The notes beneath the pieces are model-generated. The model worked only from the letters and a program-made list of their open reading frames with translations. It ran no database searches and was not told where the DNA came from. From an uncultured delta proteobacterium (GTDB lineage Bacteria; Desulfobacterota; Binatia; HRBIN30; BPIQ01), in NCBI GenBank assembly GCA_963761335.1, contig CAVXGR010000012.1:448001-512000 (forward strand): a stretch of DNA of 64,000 nucleotides, read 5' to 3'. Position 1 is the first letter of the stretch; each line of letters opens with the position of its first letter. Below, piece after piece: positions 45,433 through 53,414 of this stretch. Both the position numbers and the translations under genes were made by a program.

Positions 45433-46395
45433 ATGGGCGGCTTTGATCTGGGGCGTGCGCGCCTGGCGCTTTCCCGGCATCCACGCCTGTACCGGCGGCT
45501 GCGGGAAGCGCGCTGGGCGGCCTGGCGCCTGCGCGCCGGCTCGACCCCGGGCCTCTCCTTCGATTCCGAGGGCGTCCTCTGCACCAGTCCCGAGCGCCTC
45601 CGGCCGCGGGGGGCACGGCGCCGTCCCTGCGGCGACGACGACGAGATCACCGTGCGCATCGGCCGCAATGGAGAGCTCCTGCTGGAAACCGGACAGCGAC
45701 GGCTCGAGCTCGCCAAGCGACAAGGCGCGCCGCAGATCGCCTTCAAGGTGAGCGGTCGCCATCGGCAATGGGTGCGGCTCCGCCGCCAGCTTCTCGTCTA
45801 CGCCGGGGAGAACGGCGGCCGGCTCTATCAGCCGATCACCCATCCCGACCTCTGCGATCTGTCCTCGCATCACGGCGAACGGCGGTGGGCGCTGATCGAA
45901 GCGAGCCTGCCGATCGGCGGAGGAAGCGTTTTGGACGTCGGCGCCAACCTGGGCTACTTCTGCCACAAGCTGGAGACGCGGGGATTCGCTTGCTGGGCGG
46001 TCGAGGACAGCCTGCAGGTCGGCTATTTTCTCGAGCGCTTGCGCCGCGCCGAAGGACGCCGCTTCCGGACGTTCATCGGCTCGATCTTCGACTTTCACGA
46101 GCGCAAGGAGTTCGACCTGCTTCTGGCCCTGAACGTCTTTCACCACTTCCTCAAGACGCGGGAGGACCACGACGCCCTGATGCACCTGCTGCGGCGCCTG
46201 AACATCGAGCATCTCTATCTGGAGACGCATCACCCAGACGAGCCACAGATGGCCGGCGCCTACCGCAACTACCCGCCGGATGAGTATGTCCGCTTCGTGC
46301 TGGAGCACGCCGGGCTGATGGCGGCGCGCTTCATCGGCGAGACCGACGCAGGCCGCCGGCTGTACCTTCTCTCGCGACAGGCCGTACCAAGCTAG
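45433..46395 (+). CDS. Class I SAM-dependent methyltransferase with N-terminal ParB-like segment
   Basis: VLDVGANLGYF motif I, LALNVFHHF; start ATG 45433 inferred. Confidence 0.72.
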   Translation: MGGFDLGRARLALSRHPRLYRRLREARWAAWRLRAGSTPGLSFDSEGVLCTSPERLRPRGARRRPCGDDDEITVRIGRNGELLLETGQRRLELAKRQGAPQIAFKVSGRHRQWVRLRRQLLVYAGENGGRLYQPITHPDLCDLSSHHGERRWALIEASLPIGGGSVLDVGANLGYFCHKLETRGFACWAVEDSLQVGYFLERLRRAEGRRFRTFIGSIFDFHERKEFDLLLALNVFHHFLKTREDHDALMHLLRRLNIEHLYLETHHPDEPQMAGAYRNYPPDEYVRFVLEHAGLMAARFIGETDAGRRLYLLSRQAVPS

Positions 46396-46576
46396 CCCGC
46401 ATTTCTCACCAGCTTTCGTCGCGAGACCGCGGAGAGGCCCGCAGATCAAGGCCGCACGGACTGAGGCCGACGCAGGCATAGTCGTGCACTATGTCGAGGA
46501 GGCCGGAGGGAGTACGGCCTTGAGATGTGGGCCTATCGGCGGTCGCAGCAGAAAGTTGGTGAGAAATGCGGGCTAG
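46392..46576. mobile_element. MITE-like 185-bp element with long terminal inverted repeats bounded by CTAG
   Basis: CTAGCCCGCATTTCTCACCA ... TGGTGAGAAATGCGGGCTAG (20 bp perfect, about 65 bp imperfect); no transposase. Confidence 0.7.
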
Positions 46577-47125
46577 AGATCGATCCCAGAGGTGGCCGGG
46601 GGGAGGGGGTGGCAGCGGCCGTGCTCCGCTGCCACCCCGCGTTAATCGATTGCGGGATCTGCGTATCCCGCGCTTTCGCAAAGAGATCAGTGCACCGTGC
46701 GTGCCAATCTGTCGAAACGTCCGCAAGGCCGGACAGCATTGGATCTGGAGCCGCCGTGCTCCGCAGCGGTCGCGCTACGCAAGAGAGTGAATCGGGAGAT
46801 AGCGACGAGAAGGTGGCGTGATTCTCTGGAAGCAATCGCTTCCACCGCTGGCGCCTGGGTCTTCCGCATGCACGTGATCAGCGCCAGCGCATGTCATGAC
46901 CCGTACGTGCCCGCCGGCACCCGCTCGAGCAATTTTTTCTCATCCTTGCGGAAGCCGGCGGCGAGCCGCATCCGGCAAGGTAGGCGGTGCAAGGCGACCT
47001 TCCCTGGCAAGTCATATGCTGCCCGACATGGCCGGAGGGACTGAGATACGAAACGCTCACTGACGCCTGCCGATCTCGCGCATCCCGACCTCGTCGCCGG
47101 CGCTCTGAGCAGCCTCCTGCGCTGG

Positions 47126-48088
47126 GTGATGCATCCGGTGCGCAACACCCTGGACGACCTCGCCGTCTACGAGGGACGGCCAGTGGAAGAGCTTTTTCCG
47201 CCCCCCAAGCGCGTGCCGGATATGAGCGTGAGCGAGCGCTGGCGGCTCCCCGGTCTGATCAGCGAGGACATCCGCTTCCGCTCCCTCTACGTCCCACTCG
47301 AGCCCAAGTTTCGCCGGCGCTACCGGGAGCACTACCGCGAAGCGCACGACGTATGCGCGCGGCGGATCCGCCCGGCGGCGGCGCGCCGGCGCCCTCGCCT
47401 TCTGTACCTGCATGGGTACATGCAACCGGAAACCTATATCGAGGAGCTGGCGCTGCTGGCGACGATGGCGCTGCAGCTGAACGTGGAGGTCATCCAGATG
47501 CAGTTCCCCTACCACGGGCGCCGCACGCCGCGCGGCTCGTTCTTCAGCGGGGAGCTGTACTGGACGGCCGACCTGGTGCGCAGCTTCGAGGCCCTGCGCC
47601 AGACACTGCTCGACGCGCGCACCCTCTTGAGCTGCCTCCTCCGAGACGACGACCGCCCCGTGGGGATCTCGGGACTCAGCCTCGGCGGAGCGCTGGCGCT
47701 ATGCCTCACCTGCCTGGAAGGGAACTTCGCGTTCTCGGTGCCGCTGATCGCGCACATGGACCTGGAGGCCCTGGTCGCCGACGCGCCGGTTCTCGGCGGC
47801 ATGCGGCGCGATCTTCGCTCTTTCGGCTGGGGGCGCCAGGAGTTCGGCAAATTCGTCGCTGCCGTAGGCTGGCACGAGCTGCGTCCCAAGCTGCCCGCGG
47901 AGCGGATTCTGCTGATCGCCGCCTCGAACGACCGCTTCTTCGATCCGCGCCTGGTCGAGCGCCTGTGGAAGAGCTGGGGCAAGCCGGCGATCCGCTGGTA
48001 CCCCACCAGTCACATGGGCTTCATCGCGCACCTCCCGGAGGCACTGCGCCTGATGCGCCAGTTCATCGACCGACAGGCCGCCGAATGA
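47126..48088 (+). CDS. Alpha/beta hydrolase family protein
   Basis: YLHGY oxyanion segment, GLSLGG nucleophile elbow, NDRF Asp, SHMG His; true start may lie upstream. Confidence 0.85.
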   Translation: MMHPVRNTLDDLAVYEGRPVEELFPPPKRVPDMSVSERWRLPGLISEDIRFRSLYVPLEPKFRRRYREHYREAHDVCARRIRPAAARRRPRLLYLHGYMQPETYIEELALLATMALQLNVEVIQMQFPYHGRRTPRGSFFSGELYWTADLVRSFEALRQTLLDARTLLSCLLRDDDRPVGISGLSLGGALALCLTCLEGNFAFSVPLIAHMDLEALVADAPVLGGMRRDLRSFGWGRQEFGKFVAAVGWHELRPKLPAERILLIAASNDRFFDPRLVERLWKSWGKPAIRWYPTSHMGFIAHLPEALRLMRQFIDRQAAE

Positions 48089-48413
48089 AGCTCCCGTTTC
48101 CCGTTGCCTTCGCCTTCGGGAGCGGTGGCATCGACGACCTCGTTCGGGTCACCGAGCCGCGCATCGGCGCTCGGCTATGTCCCCGGCGACGCGCAGACCG
48201 ATGTCTCGTTGCTCTCCGTCCGATTCTCGTGCTGCCAAACGGGACAGTTCATACGCCCATCTCGAGCACGAGTCGGGCAGCTCGGCCGCCCGCACCCATC
48301 AGCGTGAGCGCTTCGTGCGCGCGCCGGAGATACGTTTCGCACTGCCCCGCCCGGCGTGCTTGCGAAGTCGTTCCGGAATGGATAGGGGGAGTGGAGATTC
48401 GGGCGCAACGCGC

Positions 48414-48674
48414 ATGGGGCACACGATCGACCGCAATCGGATCACCTGGGACGAGATCGATGGGGAGACCCTCATCATCGATACCGAGAGCGGCTACTAT
48501 TTCTCGCTCGACGGCGTCGGCAGTATCGTCTGGAGCATGCTGACGGCAGGCGCCGGCGAGGACGCCATCGTCGACAGGATCATCGCTGAGTACGACGTCG
48601 ATGGGTCGACGGTGCGAGAGGACGTGTACTCACTCGTCCAATCGTTGCAACGCGAGCAGCTGGTCGGTCGGTGA
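48414..48674 (+). CDS. PqqD-family RiPP recognition element (RRE) protein
   Basis: 86 aa: DEIDGETLII...YYFSLDGVGSIVWSML...EYDVD...REDVYSLVQSLQREQLV, the typical PqqD/lasso-B1 pattern. Confidence 0.88.
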   Translation: MGHTIDRNRITWDEIDGETLIIDTESGYYFSLDGVGSIVWSMLTAGAGEDAIVDRIIAEYDVDGSTVREDVYSLVQSLQREQLVGR

Positions 48675-48693
48675 ACGAAGGAGGAGCTGTCTG

Positions 48694-48849
48694 ATGAAGA
48701 AGCCGACGATGAATCGCGACGGAAATGCTGAGCGCGACACCCCTCAGAGCGACACGGCGCACCCGCTCACGATGCCGAAGAAGGTCTATCAGAAACCGGT
48801 GCTGTCGAAACACGAGCAACTGCACGGCATCGGGCTCGGCTCGCCCTGA
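48694..48849 (+). CDS. Putative RiPP precursor peptide (51 aa) with lasso-type YxxPxL leader
   Basis: Strong RBS AAGGAGGAG; MKKPTMNRDGNAERDTPQSDTAHPLTMPKKVYQKPVLSKHEQLHGIGLGSP; directly after the RRE gene. Confidence 0.75.
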   Translation: MKKPTMNRDGNAERDTPQSDTAHPLTMPKKVYQKPVLSKHEQLHGIGLGSP

Positions 48850-48917
48850 GCCCATCGCGTCCGCTTCGCTCCGCCTCGGCAACCCGGGCGGAGGTCCACA
48901 ACCTGCCGATCGGTACG

Positions 48918-50087
48918 GTGCCGATAAGCATCGTCATTGCGGTCCACCCCGGTCATCACCGCACCTCGTTCCTCGGACGTTGCCTGCAGGCGGTGGTGGA
49001 GCAGGTGAATCCGCCGCAGTGCCTCGAAGTGATCCTGGTCGGCGACGGCGTGCAACTCGACCCGTCGCTGGTGCCGGACGGCCTGGCGGCCCGCCGACAT
49101 TCGTTCTCCACCCCGGTCGGCGCCAGCGCGGCGCGCAATCAGGGGCTGCGCATGGCAACCGGCGAATGGGTGGCGTTTCTCGATGCCGACTGTTGGCCGC
49201 GACCGGACTGGCTGGAACGTCTGTACGCCGGTCTGGTTCGCGAAGGCGCCGCCGGCTGCGGCGGCAAGACCCTGCAGTCTCACGATCAACGCGCCCACGA
49301 CGATCGGCTGTCCGGGACCCGCGCCGTGTTGCCGTGCGCCGTGCTGAACAACGTGCTCTTCCGGCGCTCCGTGCTGGACGAGATCGGCGGCTTCGATGAG
49401 CGCCTGGTCGTCTACGCGGAAGAGCCCGACCTGTGCTGGCGGATTTGCCTGAAGGGGCATCGGATCGCCTTCGCGCCCGACGCGATCGTCGAGCACCAGA
49501 CCCACAAGACGACGCGCAAGTTCGTCTTCTACGGGCGGGCACTGCGGCAGCTGGAGTGCAAGTTCGGGCCGCTGCTCGATTTCTCCCGCCGCGAGGAGCT
49601 GCGCTGGATCGCCGAGTCGTATCGGCGCGCGCATGCCGGTGATGGCCCGCTGAGCCTGGCCCAGCGCGCCCGGATGTTGGCCATCGGTTGGGGATACGCT
49701 GGGCGCTGGGCGGCCGACCGGCTCGGGCGTCCGCCCCGGGTGCAAGCGCTGGACCTGTCCGAGCGCACGCTGCAGCAGCAGCATCTGATCCCGGCACTGG
49801 CCGTGGCGGTCGAGGGCCACAAGGTGACCAGACCCAATCACGTGCTCTGGTGGAAGGTAGAGGGTGGATGCTCCGTCCTCGACCTGGCGCATCGGACGCG
49901 CTTCGCGCTCACCGGTGCCGCCGCCGATATCTGGGTCGGCGTGATGAGCGGCCTCGGGGCGGACGAGCTGCGCGGACGACTGGCCGCCGACTTCGAGGTT
50001 CGCCCGGAGACGCTGGCCGCGGACATCGACGAGTTCCTGGGGGCGATGCTGCGCCAGGGCCTGCTGGCGCGCGCGGAGAGCGCATGA
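48918..50087 (+). CDS. GT2 glycosyltransferase fused to a C-terminal PqqD/RRE domain
   Basis: GASAARNQG, FLDADC (DxD), IGGFDE, EEPDLCWR; C-terminal about 90 aa (RFALTGAAADIW...DIDEFLGAMLRQGLL) is PqqD-like. Confidence 0.85.
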   Translation: MPISIVIAVHPGHHRTSFLGRCLQAVVEQVNPPQCLEVILVGDGVQLDPSLVPDGLAARRHSFSTPVGASAARNQGLRMATGEWVAFLDADCWPRPDWLERLYAGLVREGAAGCGGKTLQSHDQRAHDDRLSGTRAVLPCAVLNNVLFRRSVLDEIGGFDERLVVYAEEPDLCWRICLKGHRIAFAPDAIVEHQTHKTTRKFVFYGRALRQLECKFGPLLDFSRREELRWIAESYRRAHAGDGPLSLAQRARMLAIGWGYAGRWAADRLGRPPRVQALDLSERTLQQQHLIPALAVAVEGHKVTRPNHVLWWKVEGGCSVLDLAHRTRFALTGAAADIWVGVMSGLGADELRGRLAADFEVRPETLAADIDEFLGAMLRQGLLARAESA

Positions 50088-50659
50088 CCACCGAGTCGCG
50101 AGGCGCCGCCGCCCGGCGGCTGCGCGACACCTTCGCAGCGCACAAAGGAGAGAGCTGGCTGCGCTTTCAGGGCCGTAGCATGCTGCCGATGCTGCGCGAT
50201 GGCGATCTGCTGCGGGTTCGCCATGGCCCGCCATCCGCGATCGGCTGCGGCGCCATCGTGGTGTTCAACGACGGCGACTCGACCATCGTGCACCGCTTGC
50301 TCTATCGCCGGGGACGCGGAGCGGTTCTGGTGACCAAGGGGGACAATGCGTGGCGGATCGATCGGCCGCTCGGTCCCGAGCAGGTGATCGGCGCCGTATG
50401 CGAGATCCGGCGCGGTGCGCACCGCATTCCAGTCGACCGCGGTGAGTGGGGGCGGGTATCGCGCGGCATCGCGCTGGCGTCGATGCTCGAGGGGCTCGCG
50501 TACGCGGGCGCGGTTGCCATCCGCCGGCGGTGCCTTCCGCACCCCCTGGTCGGTCGCCTCGGCGAAGCGCGCCTTCTGGCGGCCGCCGGACGGTGCCGGC
50601 GCGCCATCCTCGATCGGGTGTTGCGCGTCACGGGCGCGACCGGCGCGGCCGCGGAATGA
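50084..50659 (+). CDS. S26/S24-family (signal peptidase I-like) peptidase without TM anchor
   Basis: GRSMLPML (Ser), IVHRL (His), TKGDN; ATGA overlap with the upstream gene. Confidence 0.82.
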   Translation: MTTESRGAAARRLRDTFAAHKGESWLRFQGRSMLPMLRDGDLLRVRHGPPSAIGCGAIVVFNDGDSTIVHRLLYRRGRGAVLVTKGDNAWRIDRPLGPEQVIGAVCEIRRGAHRIPVDRGEWGRVSRGIALASMLEGLAYAGAVAIRRRCLPHPLVGRLGEARLLAAAGRCRRAILDRVLRVTGATGAAAE

Positions 50660-50669
50660 GCCGTAGACC

Positions 50670-51698
50670 GTGACGGCAGGCGAATACTTCGAGGCCGTGC
50701 AGGCAGCCTATGCGGACGCCGAGCGGCGCGCCGGCGGGCCGGTGGAGCGCGTGTTTCGCGTCGCCGGGCATCCGCTCCGCCTGCGCTTCGCCGGGCCCGC
50801 CATGGTTTCGGACGCCACCGCCGCCTTCGACCATCTGCCGTCGTCCGGCGAGCGTGCCGAATTCTCCGTGTGTCTGTTCGATAGCGCCTCGACCGGAAGC
50901 GAGCTGCCGCCAATGCCGCGCTCGAGCGGGCCGCACGACGTGCGCGGCGATATTCCCGAGCTGTGCGACGAACGGTTTATCGTCAGCTACTTGCGTTGGA
51001 ACGGGGTGCTCGGCTTGCTCGACCGAAGCCGACGGCGGGCGCTCTTCTGGATTCGTGCCGCGAGCGATTTCCCGTTCAATGAACGCGGCTCGCCACTGCT
51101 GATGAGCCTCCAGGGCTGGCTGGCCGGCCACGATCTGCAGTTGATGCACGCCGGTGCCGTCGGCGGCGCCAACGGGGGCGTGCTGCTCTGCGGCCGTGGC
51201 GGTGCGGGGAAGTCGACCACCGCGATCGCCTGTCTCGTCGCCGGACTCTCGTATGTGGCGGACGACTACTGCGTGCTCGCCGCGCGGCCGCGGCCGGTGG
51301 CCCACAGCCTGTACAACTCCGGCAAGCTGCACTGCGCCGGACTGCACCGGTTCCCGGAGCTGTCCATCGGCGCGGCGTCTCGCGGCGGCGACGACAAGGC
51401 GCTCTTCTTCCTTCACGCACTCTACCCGGAGCGCATGGCCACCAGCGTGCCGATCCGGGCGCTGGTGCTTCCCGTCATCCACGACGGGGCCGACTGCACG
51501 CTCGAGCCCGTGCCGCGCGTCGAGGCGTTGCGCGCCATGGTGAGCAGCACCATCGCCCAGATTCCCGGCGCCAACGGGGGGGTGCTGACCGCCGGCGCGG
51601 CGTTCGTGCGGCAGCTACCCTGCTACCAACTGCGGATCGGCTCCGACCCGACGCGCATCGCCGCGCGCATTGAGGGCCTGCTGCGCGGGGGCATATGA
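50670..51698 (+). CDS. HPr kinase-like P-loop serine kinase
   Basis: MHAGAV, GRGGAGKST Walker A, YVADD signature. Confidence 0.82.
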   Translation: MTAGEYFEAVQAAYADAERRAGGPVERVFRVAGHPLRLRFAGPAMVSDATAAFDHLPSSGERAEFSVCLFDSASTGSELPPMPRSSGPHDVRGDIPELCDERFIVSYLRWNGVLGLLDRSRRRALFWIRAASDFPFNERGSPLLMSLQGWLAGHDLQLMHAGAVGGANGGVLLCGRGGAGKSTTAIACLVAGLSYVADDYCVLAARPRPVAHSLYNSGKLHCAGLHRFPELSIGAASRGGDDKALFFLHALYPERMATSVPIRALVLPVIHDGADCTLEPVPRVEALRAMVSSTIAQIPGANGGVLTAGAAFVRQLPCYQLRIGSDPTRIAARIEGLLRGGI

Positions 51699-52813
51699 AG
51701 ATCCTCATGGCCACCGAGCGGTTCCTCCCCGAGGTCGGCGGCGTCGAGGTGTTCACCGCTCGACTCGCGTCGGCGCTGAAGGAACGCGGCCACGAAATCG
51801 CTGTCGTCACCTCGCGCAGCGGACTCACCGAATGCGAGGAGGACCGCCAGGGAGCTGTGCCGGTGTACCGCCTGCCGTTCGAGGCCAGCCTGCGCGCGCG
51901 CGACTACAGACGCGTCATCGCCCTGCGCCGGCGACTCGCCGCGCTCAAGGAGAACCTGCGTCCGGACGTCGTGCACCTCAACACGTCGGGGGCGAGCCTG
52001 CTGTTCCATCTGCTCACTCGCCGAACCGCGCCTGCTCCCCTCGTCCTCACCGTCCACTGGCTGCCCAATTCGGAGAGCGTGGCCGTGGTCTGCGCCCAGG
52101 CGCTCGCCGCGGCCGACTGGATCGTGGGGGTAACGCGTGGATGCCTGGACGAGGCCCTGCTGCTCAATCCGACCATCGCCAACCGCTCATCTGTCGTCTA
52201 CAACAGTCTGCCGCCCATCACTCTCTCGCCCACACCGCTTCGCTTCGATCCGCCGAAGCTGCTCTGTCTCGGCCGGCTCGAGGCGCAGAAGGGTTTTGAC
52301 GTCGCGCTACACGCCCTGGCCGAGGTGTGCCGGCACTTCCCGACGGCGCGGCTCACGGTCGCCGGCGATGGCACCCAGCGTCCGGCCCTCGAAAGCCTTG
52401 CCATCGAGCTCGGCCTGACGGCCGCCGTCCGCTTCATGGGTTGGGTCGCGCCCGACGACGTCCCTCAGCTGATCAACGAGCACACCGTGGTCGTGATGCC
52501 ATCGCGTTACGAGCCTTTTGGTCTGGTGGCGCTGCAGGCGGCGCAGATGTGCCGGCCGCTGGTGGCATCGCGCATCGCGGGACTGTCGGAAGTCGTCCGC
52601 GACGGCGATACCGGCCTGCTCTGCGACGCCAACGACCCCGACGCATTCGCCGCCGCGATCAACGTCCTGCTTCGGCAACCAGCCGCCGCCGCGCACATGG
52701 GCCAGCGGTCACGCAACTACGTCGAGACGGCCTTCCGCTGGGACCAGCAGGTGAGCGCCTATGAGACCCTCTTCCGCAGGGTCCACGCCCAAGCCAGCGG
52801 TCCGTACGCCTGA
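51695..52813 (+). CDS. GT4 (GT-B fold) glycosyltransferase
   Basis: FLPEVGGVE, GRLEAQKGFD, PSRYEPFGLVALQA; ATGA overlap with the kinase. Confidence 0.9.
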   Translation: MKILMATERFLPEVGGVEVFTARLASALKERGHEIAVVTSRSGLTECEEDRQGAVPVYRLPFEASLRARDYRRVIALRRRLAALKENLRPDVVHLNTSGASLLFHLLTRRTAPAPLVLTVHWLPNSESVAVVCAQALAAADWIVGVTRGCLDEALLLNPTIANRSSVVYNSLPPITLSPTPLRFDPPKLLCLGRLEAQKGFDVALHALAEVCRHFPTARLTVAGDGTQRPALESLAIELGLTAAVRFMGWVAPDDVPQLINEHTVVVMPSRYEPFGLVALQAAQMCRPLVASRIAGLSEVVRDGDTGLLCDANDPDAFAAAINVLLRQPAAAAHMGQRSRNYVETAFRWDQQVSAYETLFRRVHAQASGPYA

Positions 52814-52824
52814 GCGCCTCTGGC

Positions 52825-52914
52825 CAGGAAGCGCACGATGAAGACCTGGCGCTGGTGAGCAACGAGCGCCTCTCGGACGCGCACGGAGTGCGCCGGATCT
52901 GGCGATGGCGATAG
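52825..52914 (+). pseudogene. Possible remnant of a PIN/VapC toxin C-terminus
   Basis: Reads QEAHDEDLALVSNERLSDAHGVRRIWRWR*, resembling VapC tails (LxLVSNExxFDxxGVxRxW). Confidence 0.4.
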
Positions 52915-52990
52915 CGCAATAGACCCCTTCTCCGTGCAGGTCCGGTATACCCGCGCGCCACTGGTCTTCCCACCCTGCTAAATGGCCGGG

Positions 52991-53414
52991 CGCCGCGTGC
53001 ACGCGCGCACGGCGCTCGCGCAGCAGCGTCTCGTACGCCACTTCCTGCGTCAGTGGGTGCTTGAATGTGTACTCGGCCACTGGGTAGAGCGCCTGCTCGT
53101 AGACGAACTCGGCCTGTGCCAGGGTGCGCAGCGCGGCGGGCACGTCGGTCGCGGCCGCGTCTCGCGGCGCGACGTCGGCGAGCACCTGCGTCAGCACCGG
53201 CTCGCTGAGCTCCTTGCCGATCACCGCAGCGGTCTGCAGCACCTGCTTCTCGCGCTCTGCCAATCGATCGATGCGTGCCGCCAACACGGCGTGCACGCTG
53301 GCGGGGACGTCGAGCGTCTTCGAGCTCGAACTGCCGGCGCAGCACGCGCAGCGACACGCGGCCGTTCTCCTGCAGGTGGTTCCGCGCTTCGCTGATGATC
53401 TCGAGCAGCCTCAT
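52991..53414 (-). pseudogene. Internally deleted cyclase/STAND paralog fragment
   Basis: MRLLEIISEARNHLQENGRVSLRVLRRQFELED joined out of frame to VPASVHAVLAARIDRL...FKHPLTQEVAY, paralogous to the middle of 53411..56830. Confidence 0.75.

Noticed and set aside
45286..46479. 397-aa minus-strand ORF starting inside the palindromic element
   Set aside because: Antisense to the methyltransferase; its N-terminus (GEKCGLA) is just the translated inverted repeat
46697..47125. Upstream extension of the alpha/beta hydrolase by TGA readthrough at 47042 or a missing A near 47051
   Set aside because: The frame is open back to 47045 and a 1-nt fix would give an ATG start near 47028, but this cannot be verified without reads or homologs; no evidence for selenocysteine
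48414..52813. Calling the cluster a lasso peptide or PQQ biosynthesis locus
   Set aside because: No asparagine-synthetase-like cyclase, B2 protease, PqqB/C/E or radical SAM gene; the peptide has no ring-forming acidic residue in the predicted core and no ExxxY motif
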